This document shows, one piece after another, positions 1-8,852 of a DNA stretch of 64,000 nt. The stretch spans positions 335,240 through 399,239 of the forward strand of contig JAEUKT010000002.1 of NCBI GenBank assembly GCA_016794125.1, in the 5' to 3' direction. The translations under genes were made by a program, and so were the position numbers. The notes under the pieces are model-generated. The model was given only the letters and a program-made list of their open reading frames with translations, did no database searches and was not told the DNA's origin. Origin of the DNA: Alphaproteobacteria bacterium. GTDB taxonomy: Bacteria; Pseudomonadota; Alphaproteobacteria; Micavibrionales; UBA2020. How positions within the stretch are numbered: position 1 is the first letter of the stretch; every line of letters starts with the position of its first letter.

Positions 1-72
1 TAGTCATTCCTGAAAAACATTGATTTTCAACGGGTTATCAATCACGCCCGTTTGATCATGAATTCTTATATT

Positions 73-1074
73 TCAAGCACTTACGCGGAAGGCACGCACC
101 GGATTTTGCGGTTTTTCGGTGACCGTTCTGATGGCCTGCAACGTTTCCGCCACCGTGATCTGCGGCACGGGTTTGCCGGTCAGCACTAGCGCGGAGTTGT
201 TCGGCGTGATGGGTTTCCACGTCGCGGGGTCGCTGTAATAGCCGAAGAACGCAAACACCGGCGCGCCCGTGACGGCCGCGATATGCGTGGGGCCGGTATC
301 GTTGCCAAGCGTCAGCTGCGCGCCCTTCGCCAGCGCCGCGATTTCGGGCAAGGATGTTTGCCCGCTGACATCCACCGCGCGGCCACCGGTCATCGCCGCA
401 ATTTCCGCACACAACGCTTTTTCATCAACCGACGGCCCGCCGACCAGCACCGGCGTGATGCCGCGCGCGAGCATATACGCCGCAACTTCTGCGTAATTTT
501 CCTTTGGCCATTTTTTCAGCGGGCGGTTCGCGGCCGCAACCGGCACCAGCAACGCGTATTTGCCTGCAATCCCGAATTTCGTTTTTACTGCGTCAATTGC
601 TGCTTCCGACAGCATATCGGGCGGCAACAGCGGCGGCGATAATTTCTGGTTGATGCCCAGCACGCCCATATCCTGCAGCATGTCCTGCAGCAGCAGCGAT
701 ACGTGTTTCTTGCCGATCACCGCGCCCGCGCCGAAATCCTTTTCGTCATTTTCCAGCACGCGCAGTTTTTCGGGCGCATAGACGGGCGCATCGGGAAAGG
801 TTTTGCCAAGCGTATAGGGATCGTAAAAATTGAGGTTCACGGCAAAGCGCGGATCGAGCGCCAGCAGCGCATCACCCTCCCGCGTTTCCAGCTTGAAACC
901 GCCCAGCGTTTCAACCCAGTCGCGCGACCGCGCAGACCCGACCGCCACCAGCGGGATGCCTTCCTGCGCCGCATAATCGCGCAGCCGCGCAATCGCGGGC
1001 ACGCATAGCAGGCAGTCGCCGAGGTCTTTCGGGAGGTTGAGAACGATAGCTTCTGTTGCAGCGTCAGTTGTCAT
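73..1074 (-). CDS. Glycosyltransferase family 9 (LPS heptosyltransferase-like)
   Basis: 333-aa ORF. C-terminal GNDTGPTHIAAVTGAPVFAFFG block and the KKWP...VGGP layout are typical of GT9 ADP-heptose:LPS heptosyltransferases. Confidence 0.8.
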   Translation of the reverse strand: MTTDAATEAIVLNLPKDLGDCLLCVPAIARLRDYAAQEGIPLVAVGSARSRDWVETLGGFKLETREGDALLALDPRFAVNLNFYDPYTLGKTFPDAPVYAPEKLRVLENDEKDFGAGAVIGKKHVSLLLQDMLQDMGVLGINQKLSPPLLPPDMLSEAAIDAVKTKFGIAGKYALLVPVAAANRPLKKWPKENYAEVAAYMLARGITPVLVGGPSVDEKALCAEIAAMTGGRAVDVSGQTSLPEIAALAKGAQLTLGNDTGPTHIAAVTGAPVFAFFGYYSDPATWKPITPNNSALVLTGKPVPQITVAETLQAIRTVTEKPQNPVRAFRVSA

Positions 1075-1129
1075 TATTTTTCAGCAGTTTACCCCACTAA
1101 ACCGATGCCTTAATAATAGGCGAATTCTA

Positions 1130-1158
1130 TTGATATGTCAAATACGATATGCCATAAT
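1130..1158 (+). promoter_or_regulatory. Candidate sigma70-type promoter for the HAD hydrolase gene
   Basis: TTGATA (1130-1135), 17-nt spacer, CATAAT (1153-1158), about 40 nt upstream of the ATG at 1199. By-eye match only. Confidence 0.4.
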
Positions 1159-1198
1159 ACTGGCAATTCAAGGGGATGGTTTAAGGGGTGGGGATACC

Positions 1199-1963
1199 AT
1201 GACACAGCCGCGCAAAGCATCACAACGCACGCAAAAACTGCCGAAAAACCTGCATGTGATTTTCGACATGGATGGCACGCTGATGGACACCGAATGGGAA
1301 ACATCGGTCATCACGGCCGACCTTGCGCGTGAAAAGGGCTGGGACATTTCGACCGAAGACGTATTCCGCAACCATGCGGGCCTGGGCGCGCAGGAAAAAT
1401 TCATGTCGATCGCCAAAGTTTTCGGCGCAACGCCAACGCAAAGCGATCTGGAATATCTGGCCACCGAACATGAACGCCGCAAGGCGCAGATTTACCACCG
1501 CGATGAAATTCCCATGATGCCGAACGCAGCGGCGGCGCTGCAGGATTTGAGCGACAAGGGCGTGGATTTGAGCGTGGGGTCAAGCAACCCGTCGGCGCGA
1601 TCGAAACTCGGCCTTGATAAAACCGGCCTGCGGCATCACTTCAACGACGCGGTTTTCGGCCCCGACAATGTGGACGGCAAAAAGAAACCCGACCCCGCCG
1701 TGTTCCTGCGCGCGATGTTCGAAAAGAAATCGACGGAGAAAAACACGGTGGTGATCGAAGATTCCGAACCCGGCATGCAGGCCGGCCTCGCCGCGGGCGC
1801 GGTCGTGGTTGCGCTGCTGGATCACCGTTTCGGCAATGGCGCGGCGGCAGCGGCGAAAGTCGCGGCGTTCCGCAAGGCGGGCGCGGATATCATCATCCGC
1901 GATCTGGGCGAGCTGAAGGATTATATTTCGCCGCAGGTGCGGCACCGTCAGGCACGGATTTAA
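1199..1963 (+). CDS. HAD-superfamily hydrolase (beta-phosphoglucomutase-like subfamily IA)
   Basis: Motif I FDMDGTLMDTE, GSSN, KKKPDP and EDSEPG motifs. The internal ATG at 1199 was chosen; the 54-codon upstream extension of ORF 1037 overlaps the divergent GT9 gene and looks non-coding. Confidence 0.85.
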   Translation: MTQPRKASQRTQKLPKNLHVIFDMDGTLMDTEWETSVITADLAREKGWDISTEDVFRNHAGLGAQEKFMSIAKVFGATPTQSDLEYLATEHERRKAQIYHRDEIPMMPNAAAALQDLSDKGVDLSVGSSNPSARSKLGLDKTGLRHHFNDAVFGPDNVDGKKKPDPAVFLRAMFEKKSTEKNTVVIEDSEPGMQAGLAAGAVVVALLDHRFGNGAAAAAKVAAFRKAGADIIIRDLGELKDYISPQVRHRQARI

Positions 1964-2012
1964 AAGTCAACAAAGTACCCTCACCCTCTGAGAATTAATG
2001 CCATTGCGTAAA

Positions 2013-2507
2013 TCAGATAGAGTTAAAGTACGAGAAAACCCCAAGGTCTTTTCCGTCTCCGCCGCCCGTCAATAGTGACAACCCCCTGCTTTCGACGCTG
2101 CACGGGCCTGTGATTTGAAACCCCATTCCCATCCAGCCAAAGTTTATATCCTTCTTCGTGCCTTCATATTTTTTCAGATAATCCAAAGCGGCGAGATGTT
2201 GTTTTTTTGTCGGCGTTCCATTCTCCTTCCACCAGATAAGCCGCTCAAGAGTGCTCTTTTCGTACAATCTTTGTAACGTACCGTGCACCTCGAGCTGCTT
2301 GCAGTCACTAAAGTAAAGATCTTTATAGACACCGACATTTTTAGATGTAGGCAGCACGACCAAGATGTAATCTGTTTCCGAAAGCATAGTTAGCTTTTGC
2401 ACGCGCACGGAAACCCAATCGCCGCCAGCAGCGGCGGGCTGGGAATGAACCAATAGCGTTAGAAATAGGGGTAAAAAATATTTCAGTCGCGTTGATAAAC
2501 CGCCCAT
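2013..2507 (-). CDS. Hypothetical secreted protein (signal peptide), lower-GC gene
   Basis: 164-aa ORF with an N-terminal hydrophobic signal-like segment (LKYFLPLFLTLLVHSQPAAAGG). GGGAGA Shine-Dalgarno upstream of the ATG at 2507. A/T-rich codons contrast visibly with the neighbours. Confidence 0.6.
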   Translation of the reverse strand: MGGLSTRLKYFLPLFLTLLVHSQPAAAGGDWVSVRVQKLTMLSETDYILVVLPTSKNVGVYKDLYFSDCKQLEVHGTLQRLYEKSTLERLIWWKENGTPTKKQHLAALDYLKKYEGTKKDINFGWMGMGFQITGPCSVESRGLSLLTGGGDGKDLGVFSYFNSI

Positions 2508-2609
2508 TCTTCAATCTCCCCACGAATGAACTCAAATAAACGCGAATAAGAATAGCAAATCATGAATCGATGACAATAGGGACGGCGGCGCATTTATTCG
2601 TGTCCATTT

Positions 2610-2825
2610 GTGTTCATTCGTGGGGAGTTTGATTTTACTGCGCGCCGCTTTAAACTCGCCCACCGTTACGATGCGCGCCGGCGACCTGCCGGCGATATGC
2701 AGGTCGATGTCACGCATCATGTCGCGGTCGAGCAGCCTGTCGAGGTCAAGATCGTGGACAAGGACGATGTGGCCGCGAAACAAAAGGCTGCCGACATGCT
2801 GGAAACATTCACGGCGAAAACCTGA
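2610..2825 (+). CDS. Possible small ORF (strand ambiguous)
   Basis: 71-aa GTG-start ORF with GC-rich third positions, followed by a terminator hairpin. An 83-aa ORF on the opposite strand (2532..2783) is an equally plausible alternative. No recognisable SD. Confidence 0.25.
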   Translation: MFIRGEFDFTARRFKLAHRYDARRRPAGDMQVDVTHHVAVEQPVEVKIVDKDDVAAKQKAADMLETFTAKT

Positions 2826-2862
2826 CCGCTACCGGACGGTATGGCCTTCAGTGGGGGAGAAG

Positions 2863-2895
2863 AAAAAAGCCCCGCGCATCGCACGGGGCTTTTTC
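2863..2895. terminator. Bidirectional rho-independent terminator
   Basis: AAAAAAGCCCCGCGCATCGCACGGGGCTTTTT: GC stem flanked by an A-run and a T-run, between convergent ORFs (2610..2825 + and 2921..3409 -). Confidence 0.7.
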
Positions 2896-2920
2896 AACAG
2901 ATATTCGCGCGTATTTACGT

Positions 2921-3409
2921 TTAAGCGCCAAACTTCAGCCCGCCTTGTTTTTTCACCGGCGCGCGTTTTTCGGCTTCTTCGGCCTTTGTGGCAAGCGCGG
3001 CAATCACCTTGATAAAGCCAAATGTGGTCAGCAGGTGGTTTTCCGGCATCTTGTCCGCTTCTTTCAGGTAGTCCTTGAGCAGGGGATGTTGATTCTCGCC
3101 TTTATGCCGGCGAATAATTTCCGCCATCCGGTACACCATGACCGTGCTGTCATTCATGTCTCTCATCGTGAATACTTTGTTCAGCTTTTCAGCGTCTGCG
3201 ATATCGCGCTGAAGCTGCGCCAACTGCTCGCCTCTCGGCATCGTTTGTTCAATCCTGGCAACGAGATTCTTTTCCACTTCGTCGATGACAGCCGCCTGTT
3301 GCTTGTCGGGCGCGAGAACGAGGCGGGCAAAAAAGCGCTCCATTTCATGCCAATCTGAAATCTTGTTGAACTCCCGCATAAGTTTTTTAGCTTTCAATTT
3401 TTCAAACAT
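2921..3409 (-). CDS. Hypothetical helical protein with basic C-terminal tail
   Basis: 162-aa ORF with a GGGAGA SD 9 nt upstream of the ATG. No recognised motif. Ends ...EKRAPVKKQGGLKFGA. Confidence 0.6.
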   Translation of the reverse strand: MFEKLKAKKLMREFNKISDWHEMERFFARLVLAPDKQQAAVIDEVEKNLVARIEQTMPRGEQLAQLQRDIADAEKLNKVFTMRDMNDSTVMVYRMAEIIRRHKGENQHPLLKDYLKEADKMPENHLLTTFGFIKVIAALATKAEEAEKRAPVKKQGGLKFGA

Positions 3410-3748
3410 CTCTTCATCTCCCTCACATTAAAATTCCTGTCGCGCAGGGCTCGACCGCAAATACTGTTCAAGTGACAGTCGAACGCCGCCAGTTGTTCTA
3501 TGCATGATCGGGCTGTGAAGGTTGAGAAGCCTCTCCAAACGATACAACCGCGAACTTGCGTCCTTGGCTGTTTTGGGAATGCATGGAGATGACAGAGGAG
3601 AAACAATTCCGTCGTGGAAAACCACTCTGTCCCATAGTCGCATTCGGCTTAGGAGTAAGATAAGAGATTCTTAATATTATGTCAAATCCTTATCGAAAGA
3701 TTTATACTATCTATTTGCTTTAATACGACTTTATGGGAATCGCTGTTA

Positions 3749-4879
3749 TTAAAACCGTTGCGGTTTCGGTGCTTTTTCGACCGTGGCGGCTTTGAATTCG
3801 GTGACCGTCACGGCGGCATCGCGGCGGGCGGCTTCGGCGAGAAATTTGCTGACCGGGTTATAGGCGGTGCCCGGCGGGTGCATGTAGAAATCTTCCTTCA
3901 TATAGATGCTGTTTGATCGCATCAGGATATCTTCGCGTTTTCGCTGGTACTGGTCTTCGGTGTATTTATCCGCATTCGCGACCGTGGTGTCGATGATGCG
4001 GAGCAAATCCTGTTCATCCTTCGGCAGGTTGCGGCGGAAGGCGTGGGCGATGGCGCGGACGGAGACGCCGTCCATGAATTCCTGCTTGTAAATTTCCGCC
4101 AGCTGTTTCGAGGGCGTGACCGTCGCGGCATCGGGCGTATCGGCCAGATGCTGCCTAAAATCCTTCAGCGTGGGCGACAGCAGGAACTGCATGCGGTAAT
4201 TGCCGAAATAGGTGGTGGAATAATTATCCAGCCCGTTCAGCATGAAATCGGTGAATAGCGCGCGCGCAAAATTTGCATCGTCCTTGAAACTGTCAAACGG
4301 CTGTTTTTGCAAAAATGCCTTGGCGTGCTGCGCGTTGGGGCCGCCGTCGCGGTTGTTGAACAGATCATCCAGATATTCGGGGTGGCCGGATTTGGCAGCC
4401 TTGCAGGCGGCGAGGACTTCGGATGTGTAGGCATCGGCCTCCATCATCATCGACAGCATATGGGCGGTGCGCACATCCTTGATGCGCCGCGCGCCGCCGG
4501 TTTCGATGCTGCCCATGTCTTCCATCTGCAGCACGTGGCGGAATTCGTGATAGGTGGTGCGCGCCATGGCGACGGGGTCGCCGGTGTTGAGGATTTCAAC
4601 ATTGACGGTGGGGCGGCCCTGTTCCTTGGCCACCGCACCGAAGGCGTTTTTTAATTTTCGCTTGGACAGCACATCGACGGGGATATCGTTGCGGCCGATG
4701 GTTTCCTTCAGCGCTTCGCCGCCCGGCAGGTCGTTCAGCCGCTCCAGCATCTCGGCCTTGCGCATATCATTGCTGCCGTATTTTTTCTGCAGGCGTTCTT
4801 CCTGCCATGCGTCGATAGCGCCGACAATGCGGGCCTTGAACTGGTCGGCGAAACCGGGGGATGTCGGCGTTTGTGGCAT
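3749..4879 (-). CDS. Hypothetical protein with HExxH zinc-metallopeptidase-like motif
   Basis: 376-aa ORF. HEFRH at TTYHEFRHVLQMED, followed about 30 aa later by MMMEADAY (a possible third-ligand Glu). No signal peptide. Ends ...EKAPKPQRF. Confidence 0.6.
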   Translation of the reverse strand: MPQTPTSPGFADQFKARIVGAIDAWQEERLQKKYGSNDMRKAEMLERLNDLPGGEALKETIGRNDIPVDVLSKRKLKNAFGAVAKEQGRPTVNVEILNTGDPVAMARTTYHEFRHVLQMEDMGSIETGGARRIKDVRTAHMLSMMMEADAYTSEVLAACKAAKSGHPEYLDDLFNNRDGGPNAQHAKAFLQKQPFDSFKDDANFARALFTDFMLNGLDNYSTTYFGNYRMQFLLSPTLKDFRQHLADTPDAATVTPSKQLAEIYKQEFMDGVSVRAIAHAFRRNLPKDEQDLLRIIDTTVANADKYTEDQYQRKREDILMRSNSIYMKEDFYMHPPGTAYNPVSKFLAEAARRDAAVTVTEFKAATVEKAPKPQRF

Positions 4880-4994
4880 GTGAACTTTGTCTGATTCTGC
4901 TGCGAATAATTACAGGCGTAGTATAGCACAAACGGGCTTAACGGGCGGTTTCCGGCCAAAAAGGCTTTAATATCAAGCATGAGCAGAGTGGCAT

Positions 4995-5026
4995 AAAAAA
5001 GCCCCGCGCGGCGCACGGGGCTTTTT
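4995..5026 (-). terminator. Rho-independent terminator (near-identical copy of the 2863 hairpin)
   Basis: AAAAAAGCCCCGCGCGGCGCACGGGGCTTTTT, immediately downstream of the minus-strand ORF 5048..5353. Confidence 0.7.
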
Positions 5027-5047
5027 CGATTTGTTATCCCTCAACCC

Positions 5048-5353
5048 TTACGGATTGCGCTTGCCGAATTTCGAGGTTTCGACATGGGTGGGGGTGATGT
5101 TTTTCACCGCGTATTCGTTCGACCCGACCGAAACGGTATTGAAATCGCGGGCGGTTGCGGGCAGCGTGCCGTCGGCGATGGCGCGGTTGAGTTCGGCATA
5201 GCCGCGGTCGATGACCTGTTCGGTCGCGTCGGGGCCGAAGCAGCCGCCGGAATGGACGCGGGCGCTGAACACTTCCGCGCCGTCTTTTTTGAAGGCGACG
5301 TTGGAGAAGCTGGCCATAATGCCCATCGGGCGTGTCTGGGGTTTTTTGCTCAT
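5048..5353 (-). CDS. Hypothetical small protein
   Basis: 101-aa ORF with an AAGGA SD 7 nt upstream of the ATG and a terminator downstream. Ends ...SKFGKRNP-stop. Confidence 0.55.
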   Translation of the reverse strand: MSKKPQTRPMGIMASFSNVAFKKDGAEVFSARVHSGGCFGPDATEQVIDRGYAELNRAIADGTLPATARDFNTVSVGSNEYAVKNITPTHVETSKFGKRNP

Positions 5354-5478
5354 GGCAAATCCTTTTCAAATGATAAAACGAATAGCCTTTTTTAGTAGAG
5401 AAAGGGCGATAATCTGTCAATCCCCCCTTGCGCCACGCCTTGAAAAAGCAGTATTTTTATCTGAACGAGGGTAAAAAA

Positions 5479-6273
5479 ATGGCTGAATTCGCGCTTCCGA
5501 AAAATTCCAAGATCAAAGAGGGCAAGAAATACGCCGCGCCTTCGGATGCGAAGAAAAAACGCACCTTTAACGTCTATCGCTGGAACCCCGACGACCGCGA
5601 AAATCCGCGCCTCGATTCATACGAAATCGACATCGCGAAATGCGGGCCGATGGTGTTGGACGCGCTGATCTATATCAAGAACGAGGTCGATGCGACGCTG
5701 ACCTTCCGCCGCTCCTGCCGCGAGGGGGTTTGCGGGTCCTGCGCGATGAATATCGACGGCACCAACACGCTGGCCTGCACCAAACATGTGGACGACGTGA
5801 AGGGCGACGTAAAAATCACCCCGCTGCCGCATATGCCGGTCATGAAAGACCTAGTGCCCGACCTGACGCATGTCTATGCGCAGTACAACACGATCGAGCC
5901 GTGGCTGAAAACCGAAAGCCAGCCGCCATCGCGCGAGCGCCTGCAAAGCGCGAAGGATGCGAACCACCTGAACGGCGAGGACGGCCACGGCCCTGCGGCC
6001 TGCATTTTGTGCTTCTGCTGCTCGACCTCCTGCCCCAGCTACTGGTGGAACGGCGACAGGTTCCTCGGCCCCGCCATTTTGCTGCAGGCCTATCGCTGGA
6101 TTTCGGATACGCGCGATGAAGCGACCGGCGAGCGTCTTGATAACCTCGAAGACCCGTTCCGTCTGTATCGCTGCCACACCATCATGAACTGCACCAACAC
6201 CTGCCCCAAGGGCCTGAACCCCGCGAAAGCGATTGCGGAGATCAAGAAATTGATGGTGGCAAGACGGGTTTAA
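5479..6273 (+). CDS. sdhB: Succinate dehydrogenase iron-sulfur subunit
   Basis: Three Cys clusters: [11 protein letters not shown] (2Fe-2S), [12 protein letters not shown] (4Fe-4S), [12 protein letters not shown] (3Fe-4S). Start taken at the ATG at 5479 ([10 protein letters not shown]...). Confidence 0.95.
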   Translation: MAEFALPKNSKIKEGKKYAAPSDAKKKRTFNVYRWNPDDRENPRLDSYEIDIAKCGPMVLDALIYIKNEVDATLTFRRSCREGVCGSCAMNIDGTNTLACTKHVDDVKGDVKITPLPHMPVMKDLVPDLTHVYAQYNTIEPWLKTESQPPSRERLQSAKDANHLNGEDGHGPAACILCFCCSTSCPSYWWNGDRFLGPAILLQAYRWISDTRDEATGERLDNLEDPFRLYRCHTIMNCTNTCPKGLNPAKAIAEIKKLMVARRV

Positions 6274-6283
6274 CCCGGGTTAT

Positions 6284-6997
6284 TTAACCCTTGGGCCCGG
6301 GCAGCGCTTTCGGCTTTTCCAGTTTTTTGGGAAGAATTTCACCCTCCAGCTGCGCGATGCGCGCGGCCATCTGTTCCATGCGCGCGGCGACTTCGTTGAA
6401 GCCGGCGATCATGGTGGCCTGTTCGGGCGACAGCGCGACCGGCACACCCACGCCAAGATCGGCGGCGGTGACGATGCGCGCGGCCTGAAGATCATCGCCT
6501 GCGGGCGCAAAGCCGATGCGCCCCTGCCGCACAAGCACGCCCTGATACACGGCGCGACCCGCCAGCCTGAACATGCCGTCTTCGCTGTCGATCGTCGCAC
6601 CCGCGTCTTTCAGCGCGGCCAGCAGCCCGCGCGCCTCGGCGGTGGAGCGCGGGAAAAAGGCGAAGATGCCCGCCTGCAGTTCCTGCGGCGTGATGCGCGC
6701 GGCTGCTGCGTCGAAGCCGGACAAATAAAAATTGTCGAAGCCGTCGGCGCTGGCGTTGATCCCTTCGGCCTTGCCGGTCGATACCATGATCGTCTTGTCG
6801 GCATCGAGATAGATGCTGCCCTTGATCGCGTTGTCCAGCTGCTGCGCGTATTCGGGTTTGTAATACCTGTAACCAAGGCGCTGCAGCTGCGTTGCGATGT
6901 ATTCGGCTTCCTCCATCGTGGCCGGCGTGAAGACGACCTTGCCGTCCGTGCCTTGCAGGAAGTCGCGCGTCAGCAATGGCGTCGTCCGCGCCGTCAT
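6284..6997 (-). CDS. Hypothetical protein, C-terminal coiled-coil plus Lys/Pro tail
   Basis: 237-aa ORF with no recognised motif. C-terminus ...MEQMAARIAQLEGEILPKKLEKPKALPGPKG. Confidence 0.55.
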   Translation of the reverse strand: MTARTTPLLTRDFLQGTDGKVVFTPATMEEAEYIATQLQRLGYRYYKPEYAQQLDNAIKGSIYLDADKTIMVSTGKAEGINASADGFDNFYLSGFDAAAARITPQELQAGIFAFFPRSTAEARGLLAALKDAGATIDSEDGMFRLAGRAVYQGVLVRQGRIGFAPAGDDLQAARIVTAADLGVGVPVALSPEQATMIAGFNEVAARMEQMAARIAQLEGEILPKKLEKPKALPGPKG

Positions 6998-7328
6998 GCT
7001 GTCACCGGAGATATGGAGGGAGTGGCTGCCATGATCCTGCCTGTTTTAAATACGGGGGCAGTAGAGCATGACCTAGATTATTATGTCAATACATTAATCT
7101 GGCGCCATTTTACAGATTGACATAGTCTACGAATCAGCTAGGGTATTACGTCCAAGCGGAGTGTCATAATACCAGACGGAGCGGTTTTCCTTGAGTGGAT
7201 CTGTTTCTCGCCCGTCACTTTCTTTTCACTCACGAAACAACCACGAATTTTTTCGGGTTGTTTTGGCTCATCGTGATCCGTTCACCTGAAAAAATCATGT
7301 GCAAAACAGGTTATCAAGGAGACGGACT

Positions 7329-7859
7329 ATGACTGACAACACACACGAACATTCGGCCGCCAGCTGGGTGAATGCCTTCTTTAACGAGATGGAAAACTGC
7401 ACCACCGCAGCGCAGGTCGCGCAGCTGTTCACCGACATGCGGCAGAACCTGAAAGACCCGCTCCATGACGAAGTCATGGCAGGGATCGAAGAAGGCCTGT
7501 CGAAGGACATCGCCACATTGCCGCCAGACGTGAAAAGCTACCTGAGAATGGCAATGGAGATTTTCGAGGAAGCGAAAAACGACAAATCAGGGCGCGGCGC
7601 GATTGCCGCCCAGCTGCTGGCCGCCAACAACGCGCTTTTGCCGATGAGCGAGGCCTTCAACCAGGTCGCGCAGGCGCGCGGCGACAAGCTGGGCAATACC
7701 GCAAAAATCTTCGTCGAAGAGGCCGCCAAGCTGACCGACGAACAGTATAACGACACGCTGGAGCAGGTGCGCCTGATGCTGCGTGTCAGCGACCGCGCTT
7801 CGGCGCCGCCCAAGCCGGCCAAGCCGGGGAACCCCTTCCGCAAGGGGCCGGCCGCCTGA
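7329..7859 (+). CDS. Hypothetical helical protein with Lys/Pro tail
   Basis: AAGGAGA SD 7 nt upstream of the ATG at 7329. 176 aa, ends ...SAPPKPAKPGNPFRKGPAA, with a terminator downstream. Confidence 0.6.
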   Translation: MTDNTHEHSAASWVNAFFNEMENCTTAAQVAQLFTDMRQNLKDPLHDEVMAGIEEGLSKDIATLPPDVKSYLRMAMEIFEEAKNDKSGRGAIAAQLLAANNALLPMSEAFNQVAQARGDKLGNTAKIFVEEAAKLTDEQYNDTLEQVRLMLRVSDRASAPPKPAKPGNPFRKGPAA

Positions 7860-7872
7860 TAAGGCATCGTTG

Positions 7873-7917
7873 AAAAACGCCGCCATTCCGCAAACAGCGG
7901 TATGGCGGCGTTTTTTT
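7873..7917 (+). terminator. Rho-independent terminator
   Basis: ACGCCGCCAT (7877-7886) pairs with ATGGCGGCGT (7902-7911), followed by a T7 run. Confidence 0.7.
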
Positions 7918-7982
7918 ACCCCCTGTCCAGCGCGCCGATTCTCCCCTATTATCGTCCGTACACCGCAACAGGAGATTCCGCC

Positions 7983-8852
7983 ATGACCGCACAGGCGCCC
8001 GCCCGCTCCGGAACTGCCGAAGACAGCCGCTCCGCGCATGTAAAAAATGTCGAGGCGGCGGCAAAAATCGTCACATCGAAACTGGGCGCGCTGAAGCCGA
8101 AAATTGCGATCATTCTTGGCTCCGGCCTTGGCGGACTTGCCGACAAGGTCACCGATGCGGTGAAAATTTCCTACAAGGACCTGCCGGGTTTCCCCGTGCT
8201 GACCGTGGTCGGCCATTCGGGCGAATTGATCGCGGGCAAACTGGGCGGCGTGGATGTGATCGCCTTCAAGGGGCGCAAGCATTTCTATGAAACCGATGAT
8301 CCCTACCCCTTAAAAACCATGATCCGCACGGCAAAGGCCGTAGGCGTTGAGACGCTGTTTGTGTCGAACGCCGCAGGCGCGCTACGCCCCGACATGAAGG
8401 TGTCGGAGCTGATGGCGATTTCCGACCACATCAATTACATGGGCCTCAGCCCCCTGTCCGGCGCGAATGACGACGAATTCGGCCCGCGTTTTGTGCCGAT
8501 GACGGATGCATGGGATACGCATCTGCGCGCACAGTTAATCGTGGCGGCAAAAAAACTGGGCATCCGCCTTCATGAGGGTGTCTATATGGCCTTCCGTGGC
8601 CCCACATTCGAAACGCCCGCCGAAATCCGCATGGCCATTAAAATGGGCGCGGATGCGGTCGGCATGTCGAGCGTGCCGGATTGCATCATCGCGCGCCATT
8701 GCGGGCTGAAAGTCGTCGGCTGTTCGATGCTGACCAATATGGGCGCAGGGCTGTCGGATGAAAAACTCAGCCATGCGCATACGCTGGAAATGGCGGCCAA
8801 GGGCGCTGCGGATTTCGAACGCCTTGTGACGGAGTTCGTGAAACTGGCATGA
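7983..8852 (+). CDS. Purine nucleoside phosphorylase (trimeric PNP/inosine-guanosine phosphorylase family)
   Basis: ILGSGLGGLAD phosphate loop, GHSGEL, FVSNAAG, FETPAE and GMSSVPD motifs. Start at the ATG at 7983. Confidence 0.9.
   Translation: MTAQAPARSGTAEDSRSAHVKNVEAAAKIVTSKLGALKPKIAIILGSGLGGLADKVTDAVKISYKDLPGFPVLTVVGHSGELIAGKLGGVDVIAFKGRKHFYETDDPYPLKTMIRTAKAVGVETLFVSNAAGALRPDMKVSELMAISDHINYMGLSPLSGANDDEFGPRFVPMTDAWDTHLRAQLIVAAKKLGIRLHEGVYMAFRGPTFETPAEIRMAIKMGADAVGMSSVPDCIIARHCGLKVVGCSMLTNMGAGLSDEKLSHAHTLEMAAKGAADFERLVTEFVKLA

Noticed and set aside
1037-1198. Long N-terminal extensions of listed ORFs (also 5428, 7299, 7902, 13934, 14545, 16208, 19184, 21530, 22827, 25443, 43536..44933, 52798..53391, 53190..53804, 56120..56329, 56239..57480)
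   Set aside because: The extensions overlap the upstream gene, are Arg/Gly/Pro-rich and lack homology. Internal starts coincide with the conserved N-termini and with ATGA-type coupling to the preceding stop.
2610-2660. EFDFTARRFKL in the 71-aa ORF resembles the F(N/D)FKAR motif of the small-protein family
   Set aside because: The downstream FSQLD/GG.PP blocks and the tail are absent. The five-residue resemblance could be chance, and the ORF itself is doubtful.
2532-2783. 83-aa minus-strand ORF opposite the 2610..2825 ORF
   Set aside because: Not firmly rejected, because either strand could code. Its Asp/Leu/Arg-repetitive translation looks like an antisense artefact and it lacks an SD, so neither ORF is called with confidence.
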